Of a DNA stretch of 64,000 nucleotides, positions 8,074 through 18,132 are shown one piece after another. Made by a program: the position numbers and the translations under genes. Location of the stretch: assembly GCA_012514745.1 (NCBI GenBank), contig JAAYZR010000025.1:18930-82929 (forward strand), given 5' to 3'. A model generated the notes under the pieces. That model was given only the letters and a program-made list of their open reading frames with translations. It was not told the origin of the DNA and made no database searches. Origin of the DNA: Candidatus Undivivens industriae (GTDB lineage: Bacteria; Omnitrophota; Gorgyraeia; Gygaellales; Profunditerraquicolaceae). Position 1 is the first letter of the stretch. Each line of letters opens with the position of its first letter.

Positions 8074-10920
8074 TTACACGCACATCGCCCCGAACGGGCA
8101 ATAAGAACACGCCTGGGGGTCGCTTTTATCCGGGCTGAAAGGCACTTCCGGAGCCAGTATCCCGCGAGTAAAAAGAGATCCCAACGCCGACAAATAGTCC
8201 TTCATCGCTTCTTCCCGCGCCTGCGCCTGCAGATCGTCTCCGAAAAGCTTCATCAGCGCGGCCGAGCGGTCAGCGTCCCTGAGACTGTAAAGGGCGGCGT
8301 TAACCAGCCGAAATTCGGGGTAATCGCGGGAGGCGAAATAAACGTATACCGGAAGTTGGAAAGATCCGATCTCCTTCTTTATCTCTTCCCTCCCCGGAAA
8401 AGCGCCCGAGAAACGGAATTTGCCGCCCGGGACCTCCGCTCCTCCTGTTTTATAGTCCAGAACCATCAGCGATCCGTCTTCCAGGCCGTCTATCCTGTCA
8501 ACCCTGGCTTTGAACGACACATCCACGCCGGCTAAAGGAATGCTTCCGCGGAAATCCTTCTCCAAAGCCAGAAGAGAAGCCACCGGGCGCGCCCCTTCCG
8601 CAAGAAGGAACTTCTCAAGACGGTGACGCATTATCTCCTTGACCATAAAGGCGTCTGATTTCATACGCTTGCCGAGTTCGGAATCAAACTTTTTCTCGAA
8701 AATCCCGAAAAAGAAATCCCTGAACCTGCCGTCTATTAACGGCTTTCTGCCCAGGAAACCGCCGAACGTTTGTTCCAGCAAAGAGTGCAGGAACGTGCCT
8801 ATGTCGGCGCCGTCCGGGTCCTGCAAAGAGTCCTCTTTTTCCTTCAATCCCAGGACATAACGGTAATAGAATTTCAACGGGCAGGACAGGTAGGCGTTCA
8901 CCGATGAAGCCGAATAAGTCATGCCGTGAAGATGTTCGAGCACACGTTTGTTTTTCTCGATAACAACTCCCCGGGGGTTAAAACCGACATTGAATCCGGC
9001 CCTGGATACGGCCGGCTGCTGCCGGTAGCCGGAAAGTTTCTGCCGTTCCCAGACAAGCTCCTCTATAAAACGGCTTCTTTCATTCTCCGGGCATTCGCGG
9101 TAAACCAGGTTGACTTTCTCGGCGCCGGCGATGAGCCTGCGGAAGAGATACCGCTGTATCTCTTCTTCTTTCTCCAGCCGGTTGATGCCCAGGCTGATCA
9201 ATATCTCTCTGGGTATCAAAGGCTCGTAAAGGCGCAATCTTGGCAGATAGCGTTCGTTGGCCTCCATGACGATTATCTCGCGGAACTTAAGGCATCTCGT
9301 CTCCAGTAGTCCCAGTATCTGCAGCCCTTTCAAAGGCGATCCGCTGAAAGCGACGGACGCCTTTTCCAGTCTTTCCAGGAAAAGCGTGAACAGGTCCTGC
9401 CTGGAGAAGTCTTCCCCGGCAAAAGGCGCGGAAGCGAACTCCCCCGCTATGCGCAGCAATCTCTCGATCGCCGCCGAGTTCAAAGGATACGTCTCGAACA
9501 TGCCTCGCTGCACCAATGCTCCGGCAGCCTCTTCCAGAAGCAGCGAGAACGCCTTGATACTCTCCACCTTTTCCCATTTTCTGAAAAAAAGCCCGTGCAC
9601 CGCCGATAAGATTTGCGCAAGTCCGTCCCTGTCCGCCGCCTCTTCCGATTCCGCCGCGAGATCGTAGATCAAAGCGGTTTTCTCTATTTCATCGAGAGAA
9701 ACAAACAGTCTGCCTCCCAGATCGGAATCCAGCCTGCCGCGCAGGACTTCTTCCGTTTTATGCATCAATATTCTGGTCACCGAAGGCGCGTAAGAAAACC
9801 TGAGATTCTTCACCAGAGGATGCAATATCACCCGCAGGTAATCGGAGGCGTAATATCTGCCCGAAGCGTCCCTGCTTTCCTGCGCCTCGCAGACCGCCCG
9901 GAACAAAGAATAGACCGGGCTCCTTTTTAAAGGATACCCCATGGAAACGTTGAAATCATCCATCAGGCTTGAGACCTCGGACAACAACGGGACCAGTCCC
10001 TCCGGTTCAGGCAATACCACCGCCGTGCCGGAGAAACCGCCGTCCTTCTTCCCGGCAAGCAGACCGCGGACCACCCCGACTTGAGAATGCAGGTCGAATC
10101 CGGCATAAAGCGATATCTCGGGCGCCCTGACCGGGTCCGCGCGGCCTTCGCTCCGCGAATGGCCGAAAAACGACATGGTTTTGCTCAATACCGGCCACTC
10201 CCGCGGATCACCCTGGAATACCGGGACCGCCTGCCCGCGGGAATAAAGACTACCGATGATATTCTCCTCGCAGGAATGCAGATAGAACAACCCGCAGAAA
10301 TATATCCTCTCGAAACCGGGGACGGGCGCGCGGGCGGCGCACTCGGCCGCCCGCAGGTAGAGCATTCCGCGCGAATAACGCCTATTATCGGACTGATAGG
10401 CGTGATACTCTTTTCTTATTGAATTCACGCTTTTCAACAGCTTGTTGACGTGTTCCGGCACGTCGTAACCGATCTCGGCTTTAAGCTTCAGATCCTCCAG
10501 CACCGGTTCCTTTATTCCTTCCAAATCGAGCTGCTCTATCATATCCAGTATCTCCCCGGCCCAGGGATAAAAACGGGAAAAACTCTGCGCTCCGCCGAGG
10601 ATAGAAGGCGAGATACCTTTAGCCAGCGAATACACCAGATGCGCGGCTTCCAGCTCCGGCATGCGGGTAAACTGTTCGTTCTTCGAAACGATATGCGAAA
10701 TGAATTCGTCCATGGAAAAAAACGACGGCGGGTAAAAACTCCCGCCCAGACGGCGCGCCAGTTCCTTTTTCAAGAAAAGAGCCGGGCGTCTGCCCCCGAA
10801 GACCAGGGCGGCGCCGCCGAGCCCCGGGAAGGAACCGGCGGGAAATTCCCGCAGTAATTCATCCGCCAGGAAACTTATCATATCGTCTTCCATCCGCAGC
10901 AAGATCGTCTTATCCGCCAC
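8074..10920 (-). CDS. addB: AddB-like PD-(D/E)XK nuclease subunit with Fe-S staple
   Basis: YSASSVNAYLSCPLKFYY, ARVDRID..VLDYKTG, terminal CSYCPFGAMC; adjacent to UvrD helicase-nuclease; GTG start at 10920 inferred. Confidence 0.75.
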   Translation of the reverse strand: MADKTILLRMEDDMISFLADELLREFPAGSFPGLGGAALVFGGRRPALFLKKELARRLGGSFYPPSFFSMDEFISHIVSKNEQFTRMPELEAAHLVYSLAKGISPSILGGAQSFSRFYPWAGEILDMIEQLDLEGIKEPVLEDLKLKAEIGYDVPEHVNKLLKSVNSIRKEYHAYQSDNRRYSRGMLYLRAAECAARAPVPGFERIYFCGLFYLHSCEENIIGSLYSRGQAVPVFQGDPREWPVLSKTMSFFGHSRSEGRADPVRAPEISLYAGFDLHSQVGVVRGLLAGKKDGGFSGTAVVLPEPEGLVPLLSEVSSLMDDFNVSMGYPLKRSPVYSLFRAVCEAQESRDASGRYYASDYLRVILHPLVKNLRFSYAPSVTRILMHKTEEVLRGRLDSDLGGRLFVSLDEIEKTALIYDLAAESEEAADRDGLAQILSAVHGLFFRKWEKVESIKAFSLLLEEAAGALVQRGMFETYPLNSAAIERLLRIAGEFASAPFAGEDFSRQDLFTLFLERLEKASVAFSGSPLKGLQILGLLETRCLKFREIIVMEANERYLPRLRLYEPLIPREILISLGINRLEKEEEIQRYLFRRLIAGAEKVNLVYRECPENERSRFIEELVWERQKLSGYRQQPAVSRAGFNVGFNPRGVVIEKNKRVLEHLHGMTYSASSVNAYLSCPLKFYYRYVLGLKEKEDSLQDPDGADIGTFLHSLLEQTFGGFLGRKPLIDGRFRDFFFGIFEKKFDSELGKRMKSDAFMVKEIMRHRLEKFLLAEGARPVASLLALEKDFRGSIPLAGVDVSFKARVDRIDGLEDGSLMVLDYKTGGAEVPGGKFRFSGAFPGREEIKKEIGSFQLPVYVYFASRDYPEFRLVNAALYSLRDADRSAALMKLFGDDLQAQAREEAMKDYLSALGSLFTRGILAPEVPFSPDKSDPQACSYCPFGAMCV

Positions 10921-13900
10921 CGACCGCCTCCGTCTCCAGCTCATCCATATAAACTATCACTCCCGATACCTTCCTGCCGGGGTATATACCGGACACGGCT
11001 CCGATATACTCCTTTATCTGATCCAGATACCTTTCCCGTCCGGCACGCGAACTCTTGTAATCCACCACGACGATATTATCCTTTTCTTCTATAAGCCTGT
11101 CTATCCTCAGGCTGCGCCCGGAGGCGAGGACGATTTCTTTCTCGCAGTAAACTCTTCTGCCTCCGGACGTCCCTTCGAATATCCACGCCGCAGCATCGCT
11201 TTGCAACAAAGCCAGCGCCTTTTTTCGAGCGTTCCCCACTCTCTTTTCCTCTTCCGCCAGGAACGCGCAGGCCGCGTCCAGTTCTTCTTCGGAAGAAAGA
11301 CGCCCGTCGGACGAGCCTACTGCCGACAATAGATAATGGAGCGTTTCCCCTTCCGCTATCGCCTCCCTGTTCTTCAATTCCTCTCCGGAAAGGAATTCCT
11401 CCCGCAGTAACTCCATCCAGCTGCCGTAACGGGGGGGCGGAAGCGGAAGATGCCCTCCGGGTAAGACCCTGTTAACACGGTATTTCACCGGGGCCCCGGC
11501 GGCGTATCCGCCCGGAGGAAACAATGCCGCCGCCGGATTGGCCTTACCGGTAACCGGAATTATTACGTGCAGTTCGCAGACCGCCCTGGTGCAGGCGACG
11601 TAAGCGGCGCAGAGCTCGTCTCCCACCGCCCCGTAATATTCCCTTAAGTGGAGGCTTTTAAGAACGGGAGAGAAATCGAAGGCTTCCCGGGAAGCCAGAT
11701 GCACGAGGTGAGCGGAATCCTTACCGGCTTCGAATATGAACGACTCCGTCCCTTCGATTCCGCGGGATCCCGTCTTAAACCTGAATTCCATGAAAGGGAC
11801 TATCACCAGGGGGAACTCCAGTCCCTTCGCTTTATGTATCGTAAGCACCTTCACCGAACCGCTGGAAGGGACGCGCAGGTTAAGCCTGTCCGCGGGGAGC
11901 AAAGCGAACCATTCCAGGAATATCCCGGCGGACCCGCGGCATTCAGGTTCGCTTTCTTTTATCAGTTCCAGAAGTCCGCAGATAAAACCGCTCTCTTCGG
12001 AAAAATTGGCGGAGAGCGAAAAACGGGAAACGATATCCACGGCCATCTCGTAAAGCGGCATCAATCCGGCATTCTTGAAGAAAGGCTCAAACAATTCCTT
12101 CCAGGCCCGCGGGAATTCCTTCTGAAATTCGCGGTAATAATACAGCCCCCCTGCGGAACGATCGCGCGCCCCGGCAAGACGGAAAAAGAAATCGTGGAGA
12201 GAACCAGCCGGGATGCCTGAAGCCGCCGGGAATATCCTGCCGAGGATAAAAGATGCGAAAGAAAGATTGTCGAGCGGCGAGTCGAGGAACGCCAACAGCG
12301 AAACGATCTCCCTGACCAGGCCGTTATCGCGGATATTCATGGTCTTTTCCGACTCAACCGATATTCCCCTTTCCAGCAGGCTTGCGGTGATCCGTCCGGC
12401 TTCGCTGTTGGAACGGCAGAGCACCGCCATATCTTCGAAACCGAATCTTCCTGATTCGCGCGCTTCCCCGATTATCTCCGCAGTCCTGACGCATATATTC
12501 TCCCGGCAGGCGTCCTTATCATCTCCGCATTCCTCGCGGATAGAGACATATCCCGGGGGTATTTCCGGTCCGGCCGAAGCCTGCTGGCCGGCGTTGGCGA
12601 ATATGTCCAACACCGTTTCCGCCTGCGGAGATCCCCCCGTCTCCTGCGGAGAAAGCGCGGACAAGAATTTCCCGAGATTCTCTCGTGAAAAGACTTGATT
12701 ATTGAATTCCACTATGACGCGGCCGCTGCGGTAGTTGCGGTTAAGTACATCGGGGGATACATTGAAACGGGATAATGAAAGAGGAACAGCCTGCATCAAC
12801 GAGGTGTCGCCGCCCCGGAAACGGTATATTCCCTGCTTCCTGTCCCCGACCAGAAAAAGAGAACCTCCATTGGCCAACGCCTCCTCCGCCATAGGCAGCA
12901 GATTCTGCCACTGGATGACGCTGGTATCCTGGAATTCGTCTATAAGAAAATGCCGGTAGCGGGTGGCAAGTCTGTAATACAATTCCGGGACGTCTACGTT
13001 CCCTTCTTCCCATAACAGATGAAGCCGGCTGTTCAGTTCATGAAGGAACAGGACGTTCTCCTTCCTGGACAAAGACGACAGATTCTTTCTTACGCCTTCG
13101 AAAATATCCACGTAACAATTGAACCGCGAATAAGCGGACCACTCGCAATACTCCGATATCTCCTTCTTTATCCTGCCCCAGAGCGCCTCGGCCTCCGCCG
13201 GGGCGCGTTCTCCCTTTCGCATCTTTAATTCTTCCTTGGAAAAAGGCTTCCAGAATCTCTCCATCTTCGACTGTTCCGCCTCGGGGGTCAATTTTTCCAT
13301 GAAGGTCCGCCAGGTGGACATATTGATCCCTTCGGAAAGCAGCGGCTTCAATTCCAGCATCAGGGAAAAGATATCGCCGCGTTTCTTGATCAGCTCCGCC
13401 GGTTCCACGGGATATTTAGCCAGCGGAAGGCCGTAGGAATTGCTCTTTTCGAATAATCCCGATATTATCGAGATTATGTCTTTTCTGGGAATCCAACTTT
13501 TACGGTTTTCGAGATAAATATACTGCTTCAGGAAACGAAGAAGAACCTCGCGTTCCCTGCCCGGGACTCCGGCGTCGTCCACCATCCTGTCGAAACCGTA
13601 GGCGATATACCGCCTAAAGTCGTCTTTTATGCGGAAAGAAGGGGAAATATCCAGGCGAAAGGCGCAGCCCGAAAGCACCGCGTTTATAAAACTGTCTATC
13701 GTCTGTATCTGGAGGAAATTGTACCCGGCCAGGATGCCGTCTAAGGCCGAGAAAGCGGCGACGCGCACGTCCCCGGAAGCCTGGAGATAATCGTAAAGAG
13801 ACTTTTTGCTCTTTTCGTCGCGGAAAGAGTCGAGCGCGATCCTTTTCAGCAGATCAAGGATACGGCTCTTCATCTCGACAGCCGCTTTATTGGAGAACGT

Positions 13901-14038
13901 GATCGCCAGGATACTGCGCGGCGCGACGCCGGAAAGAAGAAGCTTGACGTATCTGCCTGCCAGGGCGTAAGTCTTGCCTGAACCGGCCGAGGCTTCCACC
14001 ACGCGCACTTCGGAAGTCTTGAATCCTCGATTTTCCAT
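10910..14038 (-). CDS. addA: AddA-like UvrD helicase-nuclease
   Basis: EASAGSGKT, LIDEFQDTS, VGDRKQGIYRFRGG, NYRS, TIHKAKGLEF, YVACTRA, C-terminal RIDRL..VVDYKS; start placed at MENRG. Confidence 0.8.
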   Translation of the reverse strand: MENRGFKTSEVRVVEASAGSGKTYALAGRYVKLLLSGVAPRSILAITFSNKAAVEMKSRILDLLKRIALDSFRDEKSKKSLYDYLQASGDVRVAAFSALDGILAGYNFLQIQTIDSFINAVLSGCAFRLDISPSFRIKDDFRRYIAYGFDRMVDDAGVPGREREVLLRFLKQYIYLENRKSWIPRKDIISIISGLFEKSNSYGLPLAKYPVEPAELIKKRGDIFSLMLELKPLLSEGINMSTWRTFMEKLTPEAEQSKMERFWKPFSKEELKMRKGERAPAEAEALWGRIKKEISEYCEWSAYSRFNCYVDIFEGVRKNLSSLSRKENVLFLHELNSRLHLLWEEGNVDVPELYYRLATRYRHFLIDEFQDTSVIQWQNLLPMAEEALANGGSLFLVGDRKQGIYRFRGGDTSLMQAVPLSLSRFNVSPDVLNRNYRSGRVIVEFNNQVFSRENLGKFLSALSPQETGGSPQAETVLDIFANAGQQASAGPEIPPGYVSIREECGDDKDACRENICVRTAEIIGEARESGRFGFEDMAVLCRSNSEAGRITASLLERGISVESEKTMNIRDNGLVREIVSLLAFLDSPLDNLSFASFILGRIFPAASGIPAGSLHDFFFRLAGARDRSAGGLYYYREFQKEFPRAWKELFEPFFKNAGLMPLYEMAVDIVSRFSLSANFSEESGFICGLLELIKESEPECRGSAGIFLEWFALLPADRLNLRVPSSGSVKVLTIHKAKGLEFPLVIVPFMEFRFKTGSRGIEGTESFIFEAGKDSAHLVHLASREAFDFSPVLKSLHLREYYGAVGDELCAAYVACTRAVCELHVIIPVTGKANPAAALFPPGGYAAGAPVKYRVNRVLPGGHLPLPPPRYGSWMELLREEFLSGEELKNREAIAEGETLHYLLSAVGSSDGRLSSEEELDAACAFLAEEEKRVGNARKKALALLQSDAAAWIFEGTSGGRRVYCEKEIVLASGRSLRIDRLIEEKDNIVVVDYKSSRAGRERYLDQIKEYIGAVSGIYPGRKVSGVIVYMDELETEAVGGG

Positions 14039-14290
14039 AAAACCTGTCCGTGTCCCGGGAACCCGCTGCTGCCTCCGGGTAGGCCCCGGAGCGCGCAATA
14101 AAGCTCCCCGGTTTAATCCCCTGGTAGTGGAACCTGAGATAGACCCGACTCTTATCCCTTTAGCCGTGTTTTGGCCAAGGGCCGCGGACTGTTTCGATTA
14201 CGATATCCCCGGCTTGCGCGCCGGCGGCAAAGTATATGACCGGCTGTGGCATTATCCTGAACATCCCGCTTCCAGGCGGCCCGCTCAAAA

Positions 14291-14677
14291 TCATTTCTTT
14301 TTTTCCTGTTTCTTGATCTTCTCCCAGTTGCTGAGGATCTGCCTCGTCGAAGAGACCTTCTCGTTCCCGAAGACGTGCGGATGCCTTCTTTTCAATTTGT
14401 TTATAAGCCCGCCTATGACATCCTCTATATCGAAAAGCCCGTTCTTCCCCGCTATCTGAGAATAAAACATCACGTGAAGAAGCACGTCTCCGAGTTCCTC
14501 TTTGATATGCTCTTTCTTTCCGCCGCGCACCGCCTTTATCAACTCCCCGGATTCTTCCTTGAAATGCGAAATAAGCGTGGCGAAAGTCTGCTTTTTATCC
14601 CACAGGCATCCCCGAGGGCCGTGCAGTATGTCGAATATTTCCTTAAGCTCTATGAATGCCGTCTTTCTATTTTTCAT
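14291..14677 (-). CDS. mazG: MazG-like nucleotide pyrophosphohydrolase (single domain)
   Basis: GCLWDKKQT, EESGE, EELGDVLL, KLKRRHPHVFG, NWEKIK. Confidence 0.88.
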   Translation of the reverse strand: MKNRKTAFIELKEIFDILHGPRGCLWDKKQTFATLISHFKEESGELIKAVRGGKKEHIKEELGDVLLHVMFYSQIAGKNGLFDIEDVIGGLINKLKRRHPHVFGNEKVSSTRQILSNWEKIKKQEKKK

Positions 14678-14784
14678 ATTTTGATCCCCTCGCCCAGGAA
14701 TCCCCGGGTTTTAACTTTGGCCAATGGGAGAAACACCTTGCCTTGTGTCGAAAATCGAGATTCGATCAGAATGTAATAGTTTCT

Positions 14785-14843
14785 GAAATAAAGAATCCGG
14801 CTGCGGGGGGATGATAAGCAGAGTGTCCGCCGCCGCAGCCGGA
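14785..14843 (-). terminator. Probable intrinsic terminator after the Lys-rich microprotein
   Basis: 11-bp perfect stem TCCGGCTGCGG (14796-14806)/CCGCAGCCGGA (14833-14843), followed on the minus strand by TTCTTTATTTC. Confidence 0.65.
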
Positions 14844-14855
14844 ATCAGAAACAAT

Positions 14856-14960
14856 TTATTTCTTTTTCTTCTTGGCCGCTTTCTTCACTGGTCTCTTCGC
14901 GGCTTTCTTAACCGCCTTCTTAGCCGGCTTTTTCTTTTTGGTGCAGCAGCATTTCGCCAT
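14856..14960 (-). CDS. 34-aa Lys/Ala-rich histone-H1-like microprotein with N-terminal CCC (not in ORF track)
   Basis: AGGAGG RBS then MAKCCCTKKKKPAKKAVKKAAKRPVKKAAKKKKK*; hairpin terminator directly downstream. Confidence 0.75.
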   Translation of the reverse strand: MAKCCCTKKKKPAKKAVKKAAKRPVKKAAKKKKK

Positions 14961-15047
14961 GACTATACCTCCTCTCTTCTGTTGGCCCCCGGGCAGTTAA
15001 CCCGGGGACATCCGTTGTTTATCGCTCTACAACAGCTAAGGATACCG

Positions 15048-15764
15048 TCATTTACGCAAAGGATATTTCCCGCAGGTGAACTTCTCCCCTTCCGGGCAGT
15101 AACCAAGCCCTCGGCATTTTGCGCCGGCGCCGAAAAAAACCTCCGGCAGTTCGCGCCTGCACAGTTCAAGCATACGGTCGGCAAGCGCTTTTATCTCCCA
15201 CTGCGCGCGCGAACAGCAGCGGAGCTTAAAAAAATGCAGCAGCTCTCGGCAATTCATAGTCACGACTATTTTGGTTTCCGTCGCCTGGGGTAAAACGAAA
15301 CGCGCGTCTTCATTGGCTTTCTCAGCGGAAACCCCCGAAGCCCTGATGGCTTCTCTCAATCTGTTGTAACTTTGCTGTATCGCCCCCATCGCCGAAACGA
15401 ACTCTTGCTTCAACGCCCGGTCATTCTCGATCGCCGGCGGGACGACGTAATCGAACGAATCTTCCTTCACGTAACGCTGGCTCTGCTGGGAATAAGAAGC
15501 GAGCCGGTGGCGGACCAACTGGTGCGTCAACGCCCGGGAAACCCCCTCGACCGCAAAAGTGAATTTCACGTGCTCCAGCGGGCTGTCGTGCCCGGAAGCG
15601 ACTATCTTTTTGACGAACTGCGACTTCTTTCCTCCGTCGACGGTTGCACGCATGAGCGACCCGGCGAATTCCTCCGAATAACACTGCCGGCACGCCGCGT
15701 ATATCAGATCCAGGGCATTACGGGTAACCTCCAGGACTACGACGTTAAGTTTTGCCTGCGACAC
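15048..15764 (-). CDS. thyX: FAD-dependent thymidylate synthase
   Basis: GHDSPLEH, THQLVRHRLASYSQQSQRYV, ARFVLP, LRCCSRAQWEI. Confidence 0.95.
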   Translation of the reverse strand: MSQAKLNVVVLEVTRNALDLIYAACRQCYSEEFAGSLMRATVDGGKKSQFVKKIVASGHDSPLEHVKFTFAVEGVSRALTHQLVRHRLASYSQQSQRYVKEDSFDYVVPPAIENDRALKQEFVSAMGAIQQSYNRLREAIRASGVSAEKANEDARFVLPQATETKIVVTMNCRELLHFFKLRCCSRAQWEIKALADRMLELCRRELPEVFFGAGAKCRGLGYCPEGEKFTCGKYPLRK

Positions 15765-17005
15765 TATATCTCCATACCGGCCGGGATGGCCGTGTTTTTC
15801 GGAACTATTATTATTCCGTTGCGGATCACGCAGAATTCGTTCTCGAAATCGCTCACCTGCTTATCATTTATCAATTTAACCCCGTCGCCCATCATAACGT
15901 TCTTGTCTATTATAGCCTTTTTGATTATACAGCCGCGGCCTATGGCAGGGACCGGGATATCAAGCCTCTGTTCGCCGTCACCGGTATACAGGCCGTAATA
16001 ATCATTCCCCATCAATATGGAATCCTCGATGACCGCGCCGCTGCCGATCCTGCTGCGAAGCCCGACTATGGAATGGGCTATTCTGGCGCTCTCTATCAGA
16101 GCGCCGTCGGCTATGCTGGAGCTCTCCACTGTGCTGTCCGTTATCCTGGAGCAAGGCAGGTAACGCGGCCTGGTGAAAAACGGCCATCCTTCGTTGAAAA
16201 GGTCGAGCGGCGGATCCGTGCGGGTGAACGCCAGGTTCTCTTCGTAGAAAGAATTGATCGAACCTATGTCTTTCCAGTATCCGTCGTGCAGGAAGGCGTG
16301 CACCTGTTTGGTCTGGAGCGCCGCCGGGATAATGTCCCTGCCGAAATCCACCGCCTTGCTGCCGAAGAGCAGATCGAAAAGAACGTCCTTATTGAAAAGA
16401 TATATGCCCATCGATGCCGGATACTTGCCGCCGGGGACACGCAGATGCGCGATATCGGAACCCGCGGCCGGTTTCTCTACGAACTCCCGTATACGCAGGC
16501 TGCCGTCCATACCCATTATTCCCAGTTCCGGCGTCTCCTCTTCCGGCACCGGGTTACAGACCACGGTGATCTCGCTGTTTTTCTCCATATGCCTGCGCAG
16601 CAATTCCTGGAAATTAAGCTTGTACAGCTGATCTCCGGAAAGTATCAATATATATTTTACCGACGGATCGTTGAAATGCCTGAATGACTTACGCACGGCG
16701 TCGGCCGACCCCTGGAACCAGTCGGCGTGCTCCATCGACTGTTCCGCCGCTATTATCTCCACGAAACTTTCGGAAAAGATGTCGAAACGGTAGGCCCTGG
16801 TTATGTGCTTATTAAGAGATTCGGAATTGAACTGGGTCAGTATGAATATCTTCCTGAGACCGGAATTAAGACAGTTGCTGACCGGCACGTCGATAAGCCT
16901 GTATTTACCGGCTACGGGGACTGCCGGTTTGGCGCGGTATTTGGTAAGAGGATAGAGCCTGGTCCCCCTGCCGCCTCCGAGTATCACGCAAAGCACGTCT
17001 TTCAT
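15764..17005 (-). CDS. glgC: Glucose-1-phosphate adenylyltransferase
   Basis: Start MKDVLCVILGGGRGTRLYPLTKYRAKPAVP; WFQGSADAVR, LSGDQLY, FVEKP, ASMGIY, DFGRDIIP, YWKDIG. Confidence 0.93.
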   Translation of the reverse strand: MKDVLCVILGGGRGTRLYPLTKYRAKPAVPVAGKYRLIDVPVSNCLNSGLRKIFILTQFNSESLNKHITRAYRFDIFSESFVEIIAAEQSMEHADWFQGSADAVRKSFRHFNDPSVKYILILSGDQLYKLNFQELLRRHMEKNSEITVVCNPVPEEETPELGIMGMDGSLRIREFVEKPAAGSDIAHLRVPGGKYPASMGIYLFNKDVLFDLLFGSKAVDFGRDIIPAALQTKQVHAFLHDGYWKDIGSINSFYEENLAFTRTDPPLDLFNEGWPFFTRPRYLPCSRITDSTVESSSIADGALIESARIAHSIVGLRSRIGSGAVIEDSILMGNDYYGLYTGDGEQRLDIPVPAIGRGCIIKKAIIDKNVMMGDGVKLINDKQVSDFENEFCVIRNGIIIVPKNTAIPAGMEI

Positions 17006-17040
17006 ACAATGACCGCCTTTATTGTGCCCGTCAACCGCCG

Positions 17041-17847
17041 TTAACTTCGTTCCCCGGCCGCCTGCTCTTCTCCCGCGGGATTCTTGGGGAATTCTCCCCG
17101 CAGTGCTTTCTCCGCAAGTTCCTTGACCGAAAGGCTGAAATCCGCCGAGACTATCCATTCCAGATATTTTCTGTCTTCCCTGGCCAGATCTTCCAGGCTG
17201 TATTTCCTCGCGTATTTGCCGAACATGATGTAAAGCTTGCCGTTCCACCATCTGAATCTGCGTTCTTCGTCGTAGAACTCCGGCTTCGGCTTATAATCGA
17301 ACTTGCCGAGCTCTTCTATACCGGAGCCCTCTCCTATATACTTTGAGGCCTGGGAAACGAGGACCTCCAGGCAAGCGCGGGTGTCGGCAAGCGCCGAATG
17401 CGCGTTTTCCAGCGTCTTGCCGCAGTAAAATCTGTAAGCCGCGGAGAGGTCCCGTTTTTCGTTAAGATGATAAATCTTCTTGGCGTCGTATATCCGTCGC
17501 CCCTGCGCAGAAAACTTGTACCCGCAGGAATTAAGCTCTTTTCCCAGCAGCGGCAGGTCAAAGGCCTCTATGTTGAACCCGGCCAGATCCGCGTCACCGA
17601 GGAAAGCGCTGACCTCGCCCGCGATCTCGCCGAAAGCCGGCGCCTCTTTAACTGCTTCGTCGTCTATACCGGTCAACTCGGTCACCGCAGGCGGAATATT
17701 CATCCCGGGATTCACCCGCTTGCTGTAAACCTGTTCTTCTCCGGAAGGAAAACTTTTTATCATGGCGATCTCGATAATTTTATCTTTTTCTATCCACGTT
17801 CCGGTGGTTTCCAGGTCGAGAGTAATAAGTTCCTTGGAGAGTTTCAT
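17041..17847 (-). CDS. DEDDh 3'-5' exonuclease (DnaQ/ExoX-like) with C-terminal FGKY domain
   Basis: LDLETTG (ExoI), GFNIEAFD (ExoII), AHSALAD (ExoIII), MFGKY...YLEWI; start placed at MKLSKEL. Confidence 0.85.
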   Translation of the reverse strand: MKLSKELITLDLETTGTWIEKDKIIEIAMIKSFPSGEEQVYSKRVNPGMNIPPAVTELTGIDDEAVKEAPAFGEIAGEVSAFLGDADLAGFNIEAFDLPLLGKELNSCGYKFSAQGRRIYDAKKIYHLNEKRDLSAAYRFYCGKTLENAHSALADTRACLEVLVSQASKYIGEGSGIEELGKFDYKPKPEFYDEERRFRWWNGKLYIMFGKYARKYSLEDLAREDRKYLEWIVSADFSLSVKELAEKALRGEFPKNPAGEEQAAGERS

Positions 17848-17970
17848 AAGGCCTCTTAATGGTAAACGCTTCCTTGCTTTCACAAAACGCAGCAGTAAAC
17901 TGCTCGCTGATTTCGGTTCGCAAGTCAAAAATTTCTGTGGTTTGAGCAAAAAAATAAATCTATATGATTT

Positions 17971-17999
17971 ACTATACCATCCATCTCGATTTTAGTAAA
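17971..17999 (-). promoter_or_regulatory. Putative sigma70 promoter (extended -10) for the exonuclease-glgC-thyX unit
   Basis: TTTACT-17 bp-TATAGT with TG extension on the minus strand. Confidence 0.55.
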
Positions 18000-18020
18000 C
18001 GCAATTTTATTTTTTTGGGG

Positions 18021-18054
18021 GAATTCCGGGGACACAATACTTAATTCGGTAACG
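18021..18054 (+). repeat. REP-like unit
   Basis: GAATTCCGGGGACACAATACTTAATTCGGTAACG; same core as copies at 7950, 58850, 63937. Confidence 0.85.
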
Positions 18055-18062
18055 AAGCCCGT

Positions 18063-18132
18063 TAGTACGCTGTTTGGCGAGACGAACTAATTTCTATTTT
18101 CGATTATCCGAAACTTTGGTAACAATGTACTA
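18063..18132. mobile_element. TA-flanked MITE-like element, copy 1
   Basis: TA-GTACGCTGTT...AACAATGTAC-TA; internal ~58 bp closely matches the 3' part of 62358-62471; right end supplies the dnaE stop codon. Confidence 0.6.

Noticed and set aside
14040-14290. Possible ncRNA between addA-like and mazG
   Set aside because: No tRNA, 6S, SRP or tmRNA signature could be recognised by eye.
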